Shown: positions 25,050 through 37,153 of the stretch, one piece after another
Position numbering within the stretch: the first letter of the stretch is position 1
Layout: the number at the start of each line of letters is the position of its first letter
From: Octopus bimaculoides
Taxonomy: Eukaryota
Assembly: GCF_001194135.2 (NCBI RefSeq)
Contig: NC_068982.1
Coordinates: 65,821,503-65,870,663 of the forward strand
Length of the DNA: 49,161 bases
Reading direction: 5' to 3'
Translations under genes and position numbers: made by a program
Notes under the pieces: model-generated
Databases searched by the model: none
Told to the model about the DNA's origin: nothing
The model's input: the letters and a program-made list of their open reading frames with translations, nothing else

Positions 25050-26646
25050 TATTCCCAAGTGTATGTATTCATAATGCTTGTCTGGGCTGAGTGGGTGAGT
25101 TAGTGTTTTTAAAATGTAATAGTATTCCAGAGTGTTGCGTATGTGCTTGGGCATTTGGTACTTTTCCATGTAATAACGTGGACTTTGAGGAGTGAAGCCT
25201 GCTTTGGCAATAAACTGTTGTAGGTCATCTTTCAGTTTTGTGTTTTTGTTTTGTCACGTAGGTGTTGGTATGAAATGTATACAACCTGTTATGATGCATA
25301 GGGCTGTGTTTTGTATTCTTTGTTGTTTATTGTCGAGAGATTGGGAGTGCTGGTAAGACAGGCACAGTTCATAATGGATCTTATGAGTTATTTGTACACC
25401 ATTGTTGTTTCTTTCTATTGGACTGCTAAGTGCTCCCAGTTTGTTTGGTTTGTTTTCCTTACTATGCCATCCATATGCTGTGAATATTATGGATAAGTTT
25501 TACCTAACACCTAGCATTTTCATCTTCTGTAACTATGTGCATGTGTGTGTGTGTGATATGTTGTTAAGCCAAGGTTAATACCTCAGATTTCAGATAGCAA
25601 AATCTCAGAAAAATAGCAAAGGATATGACTCTAGGCTTTATTAGACTGCAAAACTGGAAATATTTCACTAAAATGTGGACATTATCCTTGTGTAGTTGGG
25701 CATTGTTGTAAAATCAACCATTTCCAGCATGTTTTGTGTTTTTATCAAAATGACATCTCTGACTATGAGTAGCAATCTTTAGGTCATGTTATCTCCGAGA
25801 ATAATTGATGTAATAGGCTGAAATTTTGTATGTGTATTACTTTGATACTTGCCTAGATACTGTTATAGTGTAATTAGATGCACTTCATTTGTTCATCTTC
25901 CAGAGACACATGAATGCTACTACCCAGGGGTCAAAAATGCTTGAACTGCTGCATATGGCTATGAGCAACCCCTCAACAAAATCTAGGCCAACTTCATCAA
26001 TGTCTTTGATTCAGCATCTAGTCTGTACCCCAATCTGTTGGTATTCCAAGCTAGAGCATATTATCTTTGATAGTTTGGTAAAAAAAATTGTTTGCCTTGT
26101 CAGTCATTTTGAATTTATAATTAGGTCATGAATAGATAATGTGGAAATTTCAATATTTTTTGATGGAACTAACATTGTTCTTGATGTATGTCATATTTGG
26201 TTTGCCTGGGTTTTGTTCCCACTGAGTAACAGCATCTTCAATTTAGGAGTGTTTTCCTACATCTGAGGTGTTAGTCTTGCTTTAAACATGAAGGTTATGG
26301 TTGTATTTGGTGTTCTCTGATTTTTCTGATAAGAAAGGAGACAATAGATTTGGCAGGTGCTACTTTTAAGCCTTTTGTTTCAAGGTAATTTCGTTAGGGT
26401 TTGGAGTAATTGTGTTGCAGTATCTGGAGAATGGTAGAAAGATGTGTTTGATGTTATTTGCACATGAGGCTGTCTGAATGTATTGTGGAGCTGTGGAAGG
26501 TCGTGTAGCTTTAGGTTGAAGAGTGTGGATGAGAGGTTGTCATTTATTTTATTTCGTATTATGCTCTATAGTCAATAAACACTTTATTCTAAAGTGAGTT
26601 ATTGCTATGCCTAAGTGAATTGTGTGTGTGTGTGTGTGTGTGTGTA

Positions 26647-27817
26647 GGGTCATCCCATAAATAATGCAGTTCTTTTATACTTCTTTTATTTTTCAAAATT
26701 TAGATAAATTTCTTTTTTAATCTAAAATATACACTCCTTCAATTTCTACAATGCTCTTCCATCTATCTAGTAGACTTGCAGTGCCCCTCTTCCAAAATTC
26801 ACTTTTTTGTGACAAAAAATACTCCTCCAGTACTGTTCTGACCTTGTCTACAGAATTCATATTTTTTCCCTCCAAATGATTTTGAAGAGTGTGGAATAAA
26901 TGATAATCAAATGGGGCAATGTCTGGCGAATATGATGAGTGGGGCATCGTTTCCCATTCAGACTGCTCCAGCCTTTGGAATGTCATCCTTGATGTATGTG
27001 GCTGAGTATTATCCTGATGGAGAAACACCTTTCGTCTTGAAACGAAAGATGATTGATTTTCTTCTAGCACTTGTTATCATTTGGTTTGGGTTTAAAAGTT
27101 CAAAGTGGACTAAACCTTTCAAATCCCAAACAGATAATGCACCTTATGTGGGTGAAGACCTTCTTTAGCCTGAGGTGCCGATGTTTCTCCTTTCCCTACT
27201 TACTGTCTTCGGCACTTGACATTTTTATAGAGAACCTATTTCACGTCACCAGTCAGTATTTGGTCCAAAAACAGTTCATTCGTGAGACATGACAGCAAAT
27301 AAGAGCATACATTCACTCTCTGCATGTGATTGGACTCGGAAAGTTTGTGAGGAACCTGTTGACCCAATTTGCCAACTTTTCCAATGGCACACAGGTATCG
27401 ATGAATGGTTGAATGACCAAATCCAAGCTTCTCAGCTAGTTCCTCAACAGTTACAATGCAATTTTATCCCACCAGGGTTTGCAGGATATCTTCGCTGAGC
27501 TCTACAAATCTTCCAGGAGGAGGCTCGTCTTCTAGGCTGTAGTTTCTGACTTGGAATTTCTGGAACCACCATTGATACTGGCTTACATTTATTGTCTGAC
27601 CCCCATATACTGCATTAATATTCCTCACACTTTTCATTGTGTTGTTGCCTTTATTGAATTCATAAAGCTGAATATGCTCCTTTGTCATTTCCGTAGTAGC
27701 TTTGAAAAAAATGACTGTTGAAATCGAACTGCACTCTTCAAAACTTGTACTAAGAATAAGGAACAAGGTAAAATTACTACCTGCTCTTATTATGGGATTA
27801 TTTATGGGATGTCCCAA
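26647..27817 (-). mobile_element. Full-length decayed mariner transposon
   Basis: TIRs GGG(T/A)CATCCCATAAATAAT flanked by TA. ORF 27464-27817 gives the HTH region, and ORF 26717-27070 gives HQDNTQPH and HSSYSPDIAPFDYHLF. Confidence 0.9.
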
Positions 27818-28744
27818 TATAGGTGTATGTGTGTGTGTGTAGTATACTTTTACAAGAAAATGGTTGACAGTGTCTTCAAAATTTCAGCTTGCTAGCTTTT
27901 GTAGGACTGTTCAACTGTGTTTGTGTGTGTGTATGTGTGCCTGTTACACACCCTTTTCTTGACGTCATGATTGTAGATGATCATCACTGTCATAGAAGCG
28001 ATGTTATTTTCTTTCCAGTCTTCCATGAAGAACATATCTAGCCATGGGGAAATACTACCTTGCTTGGAAGCAGATTAGGGTTGGGGAAAAGAAGAGCATC
28101 TAGCCATAGACAAATCTTCCACAATGAATTCAGTCTGATCCATGCAAGCATGAAAAAGTGACTATTAAATGATGATGATGATGGTTATGTTGCTGTTGAA
28201 AGTTGTAGAACAGATTTTAATTTTAGTTTTTACTCAGTTCCTTTTATCTTTGCTTCCTCAATTCTCAGCCTTGATTCACCTGACTCGTTTCTTAGTTGAC
28301 TGCCCACTTCTCTCTTCTTGGTTACTCTTACCTATTTTTTTTACAGTAGTCATTGTTGCCAGGTGATGTTCCATGACTGCTTACTCTTCCAGGCAACACT
28401 AATACAATTCTTTGTAATACTGTTTCTCACACAGACATAGGAATATTTATGTTGTTAGATGGAGAAATGGCGAAATTTTAATTGTAATTTACAATGAGAC
28501 CATAAACTGAGAAGTTGACACCAAATCATGCCAACCACCGTTGACTCATCAATATAATTAGTCTTCATTTCTATTTCTGTGATCATGGAATTTATGCTTG
28601 CATTCAGTTTTTAGAGGTTGAGTAGGAGGAAGCAAGATGGCTAAAGAGATAAAGAAAAGTCATTGTGTCTGTGGTATGTCACTCTATGTAGTTTTCCTGT
28701 TGATGATTTATCAGTGTTTGTGGTTCTGTTGTTGATAGCCGGTT

Positions 28745-29005
28745 ACTGTGTGTCATATTCTCTCAGCATTAATAGGTCGGCTGTCTCATATTTCAGTGTT
28801 AATAGATAAATTGTCTTACATATAGATAAACTGTCTCACATATGTGTGTTAATAGCCCAACTCTCATCCCAGTATTAATACATCAAGTGTATCATATTCT
28901 TCCAGTGTTAATAGGTCAACTGTCTCACATACTCCAGTGCTAATATTGTCCGTCTTACATATCTCTGTGTTAACAGGTCACTGTGTCTCACATATCACTA
29001 TGTAA
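28745..29005. repeat. Degenerate ~30-bp minisatellite
   Basis: Recurring TGTCTCACATAT...CAGTGTTAATAGGTCAAC units. Confidence 0.7.
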
Positions 29006-29209
29006 TACACTTCCATACATGCAGTGTCAAATGATTACTGTCTCATTACCACCCTAGTGTCTTTATTTTATTTCTGTTATCCTATCATAATGTATCGACT
29101 TTCAATTGTTGAGGTGATTTGAGATTTCTCTATTAAAGAAACACACTGAGTAATGTGATATATTAGTGGCTTATTTGGTGTGAGAACTGAGTATACTCAA
29201 TTCCATATA

Positions 29210-30463
29210 CAAAGTCTGCAAAAAAAAATGTATGTACACTTCAGGAAAGGAAAAATCTGTATGAATATTTTAATTCAGTGTTATTGGAATTTATTCAGAT
29301 ACACTAGAAAGGAACTTACATGCATCCAGAGCAAGTGCAGCCGGACAGAGGACAAGGTGACCCACAACACACGCTTCCTAGAGATATTGAAAACTAATGG
29401 ATACCCTATATCCATTGTAAATCAGCTTAAGTACCCAAGATGACAAACATGCCGAACACACAGAAAACCCAGCAACACATGCTTCCTCCAAATACCCCAT
29501 TTTAGTGAGAGGATAACTAGACCCATAAGAAGAGATGGATTAGACATACAACTAGCCCACTCCAGCCCCTCTCTGAGAAGACACCTAGCAAAGAAATGAG
29601 CAAGGGACAGCAATCAATACACACTAGCTAACTGCCCCATCCGTGACACAGATTTATGCCAATAGATAAATGTTGTGTATAGAATATAATGTAACAAATG
29701 CAACAAGTTCTATGTGGGTAGCACAACAAGACTGTTACACATTCGCATCAAAGAACATTCAGACATGCAAGCCGCCTCCTTGAGAAAACATCTAGACCGA
29801 TGCTGGAACACCGACAAAAGCATAACAGTTGCAATTGAGGCCAATGACAGAAATTTGGGAAATCTAAGAACTAAGGAAGCTATCCTCATAGACAAACTAG
29901 GGCCCCAAATTAACAGGCTGGAAATTAGCAATCATTAGCTACATTTGGATGCATGTAAGTTCATTTCTGGTAACATGCTCATGTTTTATTAAAAAAAAAA
30001 AACTGCATGTATAATATATAACTTAAATGCAGTGCTGCGGGTATGCCAACACACACAAGCTTGAGACATGGTCGCCCTCACGCACTTCTCATGAGGAATT
30101 CCAGAAGGAGCTTCATGAGACCACTGCAGAGTCGCTTCCAAAAAAAAAAAAATTTCAGTAACTGTTGGGAAACTGATTATAGCAGTGACTCGATCAATTC
30201 CTAGCAATATCTGAAGAAGGAATTTTTATATTCCGAAATATTATATCAGACTATGAATAATAAAATTATAACAGTTATTATAGTCTACTCTGCATTGTTG
30301 TGCCATTCAAGACACATTATATTTCACAATTTATTCAATGTTATTGCAATTTGATAAAACATCGAAAGAGATATTTATATTTGTAGGGGTACTCATACAA
30401 GTTAAATATTTATACAGATTTTTCCTTTCCTGAAGTGTGTATACATTTTTTTGGTGGACTCTG
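29210..30463. mobile_element. Non-autonomous Tc1/mariner-superfamily TIR element (shell) with internal PLE fragment
   Basis: ~60-bp TIRs: CAAAGTCTGCAAAAAAAAATGTATGTACACTTCAGGAAAGGAAAAATCTGTATGAATATT versus the reverse complement of 30404-30463. TA at 29208-09 and 30464-65. Confidence 0.8.
29306..29938 (+). mobile_element. Penelope-like retroelement 3' fragment (RT thumb end plus GIY-YIG endonuclease), decayed
   Basis: FLEILKTNGYP, NVVYRI*CNKCNKFYVGSTTRLLHIRIKEH and LRTKEAILIDKLGPQIN. Stops and frameshifts are present. Confidence 0.85.
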
Positions 30464-30765
30464 TATGTGCACATAGAAACCAAGTTAACTCGTTTTTAAT
30501 TGTAGGGTACTTTTGGGGATTCTCCACATTTCACATGTAGTACACACATTTTATTTTGTGCTGGACAATAGATAATGACTGAGAACTGATTTACATATGG
30601 TTAACATGTTGCATCACCAACAAAACTTTAATCAGCACTGTGAAGGTCAAATCCAACACTTGTTCAGTTGGAAAATAGATAGAACTTATGTCATACTTCT
30701 GAGTTTGTTTAGTTGTATATCCAGGAAATCATTTGTCTATTATTTGGTTAATACTATAAAACTGT

Positions 30766-31121
30766 GGAAGCACAATGGCCCAGTGGTTAGGGCAGCGGAC
30801 TCGTGGTCATAGGATCGCGGTTTCGATTCCCAGACCGGGCTTGCGAGTGTTTATTGAGCGAAAACACCTAAAGCTCCATGAGGCTCCGGCAAGGGATGGT
30901 GGCGAATCCTGCTGTACTCTTTCACCACAACTTTCTCTCACTCTTACTTCCTGCTTCTGTTGTGCCTGTGTCACGCTGAATATCCTCGAGCACTACGTTA
31001 AGGGTACACGTCTCTGTGGAGTGCTCAGCCACTTGCACGTTAATTTCATGAGCAGCCTGTTCCGTTGATCGGATCAACTGGAACCCTCGACGTTGTAAGC
31101 AACGGAGTGCCAACAACAACA
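30766..31121 (+). mobile_element. tRNA-derived SINE (family C) with 13-bp TSD
   Basis: Head GCACAATGGCCCAGTGGTTAGGGCAGCGGACTC...GGTTTCGATTCCC and an (AAC)n tail. TSD ACTATAAAACTGT at 30753-65 and 31122-34. Confidence 0.9.
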
Positions 31122-31621
31122 ACTATAAAACTGTAACTAAGAAAGCCATCTTACCAATACCTTAGGGTATTTATATTTAAATTATACCCCCTATTTCTGC
31201 TACTCTTTACTTTGATTATAATGATTATTTCAGATTTTGGCACAAGGCCAGCAATTTTAGCGAGAGGGAATAGTTGATTACATCATCCCCAGTACTTGGC
31301 TGGTACTTATTTTATTGACCCCCAAAAGGATGAAAGGCAAAGTNNNNNNNNNNAAAGCCATGGATTTTAAGATGTTAATTTAACCGAACCCATTGCTTAG
31401 TGGTAAGAAGTCATAAATTTTGGTGTGAGGTTTTTGGTTGATCAAATTAACTCTAGAAACTAACTTATTTTATTGATCCTGACAAAATGAAATGTAAAGT
31501 TGACTTCATTTGTATTGATCTTCACCTTTCATCCTTCTGTGATGAATATGGTAAATTCAAATTTCTGACTTTGTGTACCAGCATAGTAAATCATTATTGT
31601 TGTTGTCATTGTTGTTATTAT

Positions 31622-31661
<40 letters not shown>

Positions 31662-31678
31662 CTTGTTATTATTATTAT

Positions 31679-31875
31679 GGCAGTGAGCTGGCAGAATCGT
31701 TAGCATGCTAGGCAAAATGCTTAGCAGTATTTCATCTGCCACTATAGTAGAAAGGATTATTATTATTATTATTATGGTGGTGAGCTGGCAGAATTGTTAG
31801 CACGCTGGGCGAAATGCTTAATGGTATTTTGTCTGTCAGTAGTTTGTCTGAGTTCAAATTTCAGTAGAAAGGATT
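31679..31875 (+). mobile_element. Two tandem truncated family B SINE heads
   Basis: GGCAGTGAGCTGGCAGAATCGTTAGCATGC and GGTGGTGAGCTGGCAGAATTGTTAGCACGC. Each unit ends in AGTAGAAAGGATT followed by an (ATT)n or (GTT)n tract. Confidence 0.7.
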
Positions 31876-31974
31876 GTTGTTGTTGTTATTCTGGTAAGCA
31901 TTTAAGAACAGGGTTAAGCAGCTGGTGAAACCTAGTTTCACTATTCCACTTCCTTTATGAACATAAAGGGTGCA

Positions 31975-32358
31975 TGTGTGGCTATGTGGTTGAGGTTGCT
32001 TCCCAAATATGTGGTCTAGGGTTCAGTACCACTTTGTGGCACTTCAGCGAGTATCTTCTACTATAGCTTTGGTCTGACCAAAACTTTGTGAGTTGATTTG
32101 GTAGACAGATACTAAAAGAATCCCATTGTACATGTGTGTGTATGTATGTACATACATATGTGTTATATATATATGTGTGTGTGTTAGGGTGTACTCTTGC
32201 CCAGGCATCGCATAATGGTTGTAAATGAGCATCAATTTCATACAAGCAAAGCTGCTTGTGAGGGTTGGTGGCAGGAAGGGCTGGTTGTAGAAAATCTGCC
32301 TCAACAAATTCAGTTGAAACTGCAAGCATGGAATAGTGGATGTTAAATGATGATGATG
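31975..32358 (+). mobile_element. Decayed family A SINE followed by an RTE-like tail ending in (GAT)n
   Basis: Degenerate GTGGCTATGTGGTTG...GGTTCAGTACC head and core, then GGTGGCAGGAAGGGC...GCATGGAA...GATGTTAAATGATGATGA. Confidence 0.65.
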
Positions 32359-33337
32359 ACAGATGGCCACAAATTTGTAAGAAAACGCCATTTTCAATTT
32401 AACTAGCACCAATAGTGTATCACTGGTAGTTATTTTGTTGGTCTTAACAGGATGAAAGGTAAAATCTGTGCAGGGTGAATAGTAATGATAATAGAAGTGG
32501 TATTTTCTTTCTCCAATAATGTATATTGTTTTATTTCCATAATAAACTTTGTATATCAGATGAAAGTATTTTGTCTGCTATGTAAATTGATTTCCATCAT
32601 GATATGGCTAGCAATTTCCTTTCTTAATGCTTTACTCCAAATTATCATAATTTCTTGCTCTGATATATATATTTTTGCCTTTCTTGGCTGACAATGATAA
32701 GTGTTCATCAAAGTATAATGGAGTTGGCAGTGATGGTAAAAAACCAGACCATATACTGTATGGGATCATCTCATTCACTGTTTCCTATTCTGTTCAAATC
32801 CCTCTGGGGGTTGTTGAAATAAGAGTACTTCTCATGATATATATTCAAGTTAATTTGATTATCACTACCCCCACCCCACCACCTTACAGAGTTAGCATTG
32901 TATCTTATAAAGAGATTATGTGCTCATTAGATCTTTGAAAGAAAAAATGTCATTAATAGTCTGTGAACTGAAAGCTAGTTGAATATATTGCCAAAATTGA
33001 AACAGCAGCTTGATATTATTCCAAATTGGTTTCAGTACAAAATAGATGTTCATCAACATTAATTTTGTAATGGTTGTATTTTTTTTTGTTTACAATTGAT
33101 AAACCATTTTTTAAAAAATAAGGCAATTTTTTTCATTTTCTCTATAGTATTCTTTCTTTTTAAAAAAAATTTTGATAAAGGTTGGGGCTTCTGTGGTTGT
33201 ATTGTGATAATTATTGATGGATTTTCAAATTTACCTTGTCCTTCTTTTGCTTCCTAGTTCCATACCTAGTCAGTTAATTATATACCTATCCACAGTTTCC
33301 TTTTTTTTTTTCATTTGTTTGGTCAGACTTAGTTTTC

Positions 33338-33648
33338 TCTACTAGGTTCTGTGTCTAATCTCCTAATTCTGTACTTAACTACATACTTTTCTATCTAATC
33401 CTTTATTCTGTACCTAACTACTTAGTTCTATATTTAAACGCTCAATTCTGTACTTAGCCACTTAGTTCTGTACCTAGTCACTAGGTTCTGTATCTAACCA
33501 CATAGTTCTAGTCATAGCTATATAGTTCTGTACCAAGCCACTTAGTTCTGACCTAACCATTTAAGTTTGTACCTTGTTGCTTACTTCTTTCCATGGTCAC
33601 TACAGTAGTAATTTAGTTCTGTACCTGACCACTTAAGTCTGTATCCTG
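33338..33648. repeat. Degenerate 20-bp minisatellite
   Basis: Units resemble CACTTAGTTCTGTACCTAAC and recur with substitutions. Confidence 0.75.
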
Positions 33649-33851
33649 TCATTTTGTTTTGTAGTAAAAATAAAAAGTAGAAACTGGTGAAGTCTTTTGT
33701 CAACAAAAAGTGACAGTAGAATGTGTAATACTCTGGACTTCTGTCTTTTGTCAGTAAGAGAGTAAAAATGTAGATCTTGTCATTGTTAGGCTGCAAAACT
33801 GTGGATGAGAAAATGAAGAGGAGTGATGCTGAGGGATAAGTGTAGAGAGAG

Positions 33852-34030
33852 AGAGTGGCTGTGTGGCAACAAGTTTGTTTCCCAGCTACATGGTCTTGGG
33901 TTCAGTTACACAGTGTGGTACCCTGGGCAAGTGTTTTCTTCTGTAGCCCTGGGCCAATCAAAGCCTTGTGAGTGGATTTGGTAGACAGGAACTGAAAAAG
34001 GCCTGTTTGTGTGTGTATGTGGTTGCATGC
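33852..34030 (+). mobile_element. Family A SINE, decayed
   Basis: GAGTGGCTGTGTGG...GGGTTCAGTTAC...CCTGGGCAAGTGT...GCCTTGTGAGTGGATTTGGTAGAC. Confidence 0.75.
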
Positions 34031-34290
34031 TTGTATGTCTTTATTGTCACCTTACCTTGATTTCACTTGATAGTTGTAAATGAATGTTACTGTTATGCAA
34101 ATGGTATTGTTCATTTCCAATCTTCCATGAAAACATGTCTAGTTATGGGAAATGTTATGTTACTTAGAAACAGGAGTATGTGTGTGTGTGNNNNNNNNNN
34201 NNNNNNNNNNNNNNNNNNNNNNNNNNNNNNNNNNNNNNNNNNNNNNNNNNNNNNNNNNNNNNNNNNNNNNNNNNNNNNNNNNNNNNNNNN

Positions 34291-34350
34291 AAGGCTTTGG
34301 TCGGCCCGAGGCTGTAGAAGACACTTGCCCAAGGTGCCACACAGTGGGAA
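34291..34350 (-). mobile_element. Family A SINE core fragment, truncated at a Tc1 terminus
   Basis: AAGGCTTTGGTCGGCCCGAGGCTGTAGAAGACACTTGCCCAAGGTGCCACACAGTGGGA. Confidence 0.7.
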
Positions 34351-34353
34351 TGA

Positions 34354-34787
34354 GGGGGTTGGACAAAAATAATGGAAACAACTAGCATCATAATTTTGAA
34401 ATATCTATAAAAACGTCAAAAGCTTGTTTATTTTTATGTTTTTTGATTTATTATTAGTGTTGCTTAAAATGTTTTGCTAAAATTGCTGTTTCTTTTCAGA
34501 TATCATCAGAAAAAGGTAATTAATATTCATTAAAATGACAGATCTATTGAACATTCAAAGAGGTCAAATTGTTGGTGCTCATATGGCAGGTGCTAGCATA
34601 ACGAAAACAGACAAAATGTTAGGTGTATCAAGAAATACTGTCTCGAAAGTAATGACAGCCTTTGAGAAAGAGGGAAAAACCTCGTTGAAACAAGACTCCG
34701 GAAGAAAACCAAAACTTTCAGATAGGGACTGTCAGACTCTTATGTTAATTGTTTGAAAGGATCACAAAAGTACAGCTCCTAAGATTA
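34354..34787 (+). mobile_element. Tc1-type transposon 5' fragment (TIR and paired-like HTH)
   Basis: TIR-like GGGGTTGGACAAAAATAATGGAAACAC. ORF 34535-34756 contains QRGQIVGAHMAGASITKT...LGVSRNTVSKVMTAF...SGRKPKLS. Confidence 0.8.
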
Positions 34788-35164
34788 TGTGTCTTGCTAT
34801 AGAGGAGGTACATGGTTATCCAGTGAGAGAGAGAGAGAGAGAGGTACAGAAAGAGACCAGAAACAAGTGTGCTGGTGTAAAGGTGATACTTGGTTACCTA
34901 GTCAGAAGAAAAACAAGATAAGGAGAGAATGAGTGATCTAAGGGAAAGTGAGAGAGAGGGAGTGAGAGAGTGATCAAAGGGAAAGAAAGAGAGAGGGAGA
35001 GGAAGACTTAGGAAACAACAAAAGTGTGTAAGAGAGAGCAGAAGAGAGATGGTGTAGTGCTAGGGTTTACTCACAAGTAACAAAAATATGAGCATAGAAC
35101 CTGGTTAGAAAAATAGGGAGTGGGTGGTGGGTTGTGTGGGGAGCAGTGATACAGTGAGGGCAAG

Positions 35165-36170
35165 AAAGGGGATTGGAAAACAATTACAATGTATGAGGAC
35201 ATGTGTAAGCTCGCAAGAAATGAAGCCAGTATGCTCTGATGGATGTGTAATGTCAGTGTGCATACTCGACAGAGTGTAAGTACCTTGAGAGAAAAGTTGG
35301 ACCTAAGAAGCATCAGCTGTGGTGTGCAAGAGAGACGATTGCGCTAGTATGGTCATGTGGCGAGAATGGATGAGGATAGCTGTGTGAAAAAGTGCCACAC
35401 CCTAGCGGCTGAGGGAAATTGTGGAAGAGGTAGACCCAGGAAGACCTGGGATGAGGTGGTGAAGCACGACCTTCGAACATTAGGCCTCACCGAGGCAATG
35501 ACTTGTGACCGAGACCTTTGGAAATATGCTNNNNNNNNNNNNNNNNNNNNNNNNNNNNNNNNNNNNNNNNNNNNNNNNNNNNNNNNNNNNNNNNNNNNNN
35601 NNNNNNNNNNNNNNNNNNNNNNNNNNNNNNNNNNNNNNNNNNNNNNNNNNNNNNNNNNNNNNNNNNNNNNNNNNNNNNNNNNNNNNNNNNNNNNNNNNNN
35701 NNNNNNNNNNNNNNNNNNNNNNNNNNNNNNNNNNNNNNNNNNNNNNNNNNNNNNNNNNNNNNNNNNNNNNNNNNNNNNNNNNNNNNNNNNNNNNNNNNNN
35801 NNNNNNNNNNNNNNNNNNNNNNNNNNNNNNNNNNNNNNNNNNNNNNNNNNNNNNNNNNNNNNNCATGGAAAAACATTCAAGCGAGGTCATTGCCAGTGCC
35901 GCTGGACTGGCTCCTGTGTAGGTGGCACATAAAGAACACCATTTGAGCGTGGCCGTTGCCAGTACCGCCTGACTGACCCTCGTGCCGGTGGCACATAAAA
36001 GCACCCACTACACTCTCAGAGTGGTTGGCGTTAGGAAGGGCATCCAGCTGTAGAAACTCTGCCAGATCAGATCGGAGCTTGGTGTAGCCATCTGGTTCAC
36101 CAGTCCTCAGTTAAATCGTCCAACCCATGCTAGCATGGAAAGCAGATGTTAAACGATTATGATGATGATG
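35165..36170 (+). mobile_element. RTE-clade LINE 3' end (ORF C-terminus plus 3' UTR), gap inside
   Basis: LREKLDLRSI...RRLR*YGHVARMDEDSCVKK...GRGRPRKTWDEVVKHDL, followed by a 3' UTR ending in (GAT)n. Confidence 0.85.
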
Positions 36171-36289
36171 AGGAGGAGGAGGAGGAAATGTGTGGAAGAG
36201 AAAGGAGTTGCAATTTGATTTCTTAGGGCGGAAAGTGTGTTGTTACATGTGGGTGTGATACAACACTTCTAGCACTCAGTTTCTTGGAA

Positions 36290-37153
36290 GGGTCTTCCCT
36301 AAGACCTCATATTGCCAAACATCTTGGTCTACCGTCATTTCTACCATGAGCCCCAACATCCTAAGATCAGTCCTCATCACTTCATCCCATTTCTTCCTGG
36401 GTCTCCCTTTTCCACAGGCACCATCCACTTTCAGTGGCAGCTACTTCTGTATACAGCTGTCTTTACTCATATGCATCACTTGTCCAAACCAATGCAGTCT
36501 CCTCTCCTGCATGCCACATCAATCCCTCTTATGCCGAACTTTTCTCTCAACACAGTTGTATTTTGTCGATCATGCACACTGATGTTGCAAATCTAATGGA
36601 GCATACTACCTTCATTCCTCTCCAACCTACGCGTCATCAGCAGTCAGAGCCCATGTCTCACAACCATGTAACGTAGCTGTTCTCACACAAGCATCATACA
36701 ACCTACCTTTCACTCTGAGAGAGTTTTACTGTCAACAGAGGTAGTAGTTCTCTGAACTTCCTCCACTCTATTCTTATTCTAGAAACAATACTTTCAGAGC
36801 ATCCACTGCTGTTACTAATTTGGTCACCTACATAGCAGAAATTATCTACTACCTCAAGAGAGCCTCCTAGGCATTTGAGAGAGTTGAAGTCCCTCTTAGT
36901 ACTTACTGTTCCTGCGCACCTGCCACACGAAAGTGACCTTATCTCATAATCTTCCTATGATTCCACTGCATCTCTTATGCATCCATAGATTACACTTGGT
37001 GCAGCGAATGGAATTACATCCCACTCTTTTCCTACATATTGAACAGAGCCATTTGCCAACCAGAATGAGTGTCTTATTTCCTTTCTCGATAACAACTATG
37101 GATGCAAGCTGAGCTGTAGAACCTTTGCTATCGAGAGAAGCCTCAAGATACAT
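36290..37153 (-). mobile_element. RTE-clade LINE fragment with PHD-like C4HC3 finger, decayed
   Basis: GKWLCSICRKRVGCNSIRCTKCNLWMHKRC...FVCGRC, followed by VVDNFCYIGDQIS...WRKFRELLPLLT...KGRLYDACVRT...HGCETWAL. Confidence 0.85.

Noticed and set aside
30085-30135. Hairpin CTCATGA-GGAATTCC-AGAA-GGAGCTTC-ATGAGAC as a degenerate hammerhead
   Set aside because: Both core motifs are mismatched (CUCAUGA, GAGAC) and no stem I can form.
30766-30840. tRNA-like sequences at the SINE heads (also 38082 and 47073)
   Set aside because: They continue into SINE core and tail sequence, with TSDs in the family C copies. They are not tRNA genes.
28745-33648. Spaced repeats (28.7-29.0 kb and 33.3-33.6 kb) as CRISPR-like arrays
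   Set aside because: They are degenerate head-to-tail minisatellites without unique spacers, in eukaryotic DNA with no cas genes.
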